The notes below the pieces were generated by a model. The model saw only the letters and a program-made list of their open reading frames with translations. It had not been told where the DNA came from and ran no database searches. 45,494 bases of DNA, taken from contig CAJTMQ010000005.1 in NCBI GenBank assembly GCA_910577215.1, forward strand, positions 244 through 45,737, read 5' to 3'. Positions within the stretch are counted from its first letter, which is position 1. Each line of letters starts with the position of its first letter. A program made the position numbers and the translations under genes. Below, in pieces: positions 44,721 through 45,494 of this stretch. Source of the stretch: an uncultured Eubacterium sp. (GTDB lineage Bacteria; Bacillota; Clostridia; Oscillospirales; Acutalibacteraceae).

Positions 44721-45477
44721 CTGCAATTCTGAAAAATTCCTCTATATTTTTATTGCTTCCGCATACGTACGATTGGATGTGCTCACAGTCCACTTCCTTC
44801 TTATCAAGTGTACGGCAGATTCCGCCGGCTTCCTTAAGAATCATTGTTGCTCCTGCCATATCCCACGGACGCAGAATAAGCTCATAATACAAATCAGCCT
44901 TGCCTGCGGCAACATAGCAGATGTCAAGTGCAGCACTGCCGCTGCGCCTTACCTCAAGGCAGTTGTAAAATACCTGCTCGGTAAGTGCAAAGGTTTTCCT
45001 GGCAAGCTCGTGCTCGTAAGGGCAGGTGCCGAAAAGCACAAGGCTGTTTTGCAAATCACAGTCAGAAACGTGAATTCTTTTGCTGTTAAGGTATGCACCT
45101 TTACCTCTTTCGGCATAGTAAATGTTATCTAAATCAGGGTCTAAAACAACACCAAGAATAAGCTCCTTGTCTTTTGCAAGACCTACGGAGATGGCACTGT
45201 GCTGAAAACCCTTTATAAAGTTTGTTGTGCCGTCAATCGGGTCAATAATAAAGCAATAGCCGTCTGAAAGTTCCTTGTTGCCGTCGCCCTCTTCGCCAAG
45301 GAAAGAGCAGCCGGGTACAATTTTTGAAAGCTCTTCAAAAAGAAAATCCTGTATCTTTTTATCATATTCCGTAACAAGATTAACGGCAGAGCCTTTATTT
45401 TCAATGCCTAAATTTCCTGCGGCGCTTTTGTAAATTTCGCCTGCTTTTTTTACAGCTTCAATTATTTTATTCAACAT
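44707..45477 (-). CDS. Inositol monophosphatase family protein (SuhB-like)
   Basis: NLVT.YD, FLGEEG, IIDPIDGTTNF, RRSGSAALD.CYVA.G, PWDMAG. ATG at 45477 preceded by GGTG. Confidence 0.92.
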   Translation of the reverse strand: MLNKIIEAVKKAGEIYKSAAGNLGIENKGSAVNLVTEYDKKIQDFLFEELSKIVPGCSFLGEEGDGNKELSDGYCFIIDPIDGTTNFIKGFQHSAISVGLAKDKELILGVVLDPDLDNIYYAERGKGAYLNSKRIHVSDCDLQNSLVLFGTCPYEHELARKTFALTEQVFYNCLEVRRSGSAALDICYVAAGKADLYYELILRPWDMAGATMILKEAGGICRTLDKKEVDCEHIQSYVCGSNKNIEEFFRIADEIL

Positions 45478-45494
45478 TTTAATCACCACAGCTA

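Overview
A 45.5-kb chromosomal segment of a low-GC Gram-positive anaerobe (Clostridia, probably an Oscillospirales/Eubacterium-like gut organism, judged from gene order, sigma-A promoters and GGAGG-type RBSs). It is mostly housekeeping genes on the + strand: glyA (5'-truncated), two TagF/TarL-family transferases, a PLP aminotransferase, trpS; pyk-mltG-thyA-folA; L20 leader-infC(ATC start)-rpmI-rplT; and a long run TrmH methylase-dprA-topA-trmFO-plsX-rnc-radical SAM-smc-ftsY-rdgB-yhbY-nadD-yqeK-rsfS-leuS. There are three accessory blocks. (1) An AT-rich insert (~5.7-8.8 kb) with REP-like hairpins, an unannotated 58-aa ORF coupled to a zeta-toxin-like P-loop kinase, and a Cro/C1 regulator divergent from a GLUG-repeat surface protein, with three TATAGTC-N8-GACTATA palindromes over a perfect consensus promoter. 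(2) A self-contained five-gene operon (8.9-13.8 kb): SCP2-like protein, class III aminotransferase, split transketolase N and C, second SCP2-like protein. Its transketolase lacks the canonical phosphate-binding Arg and acceptor-hydroxyl-binding Asp, which suggests an undescribed pathway acting on a lipophilic 2-amino-1,3-diol or ketol (sphingoid base or steroid side chain). This is the best candidate novel system, and the substrate is inference only. (3) An AraC-regulated GH4-GH38-GH29 glycosidase cluster without a transporter. No rRNA, tRNA, CRISPR array, transposase or integrase was recognised.
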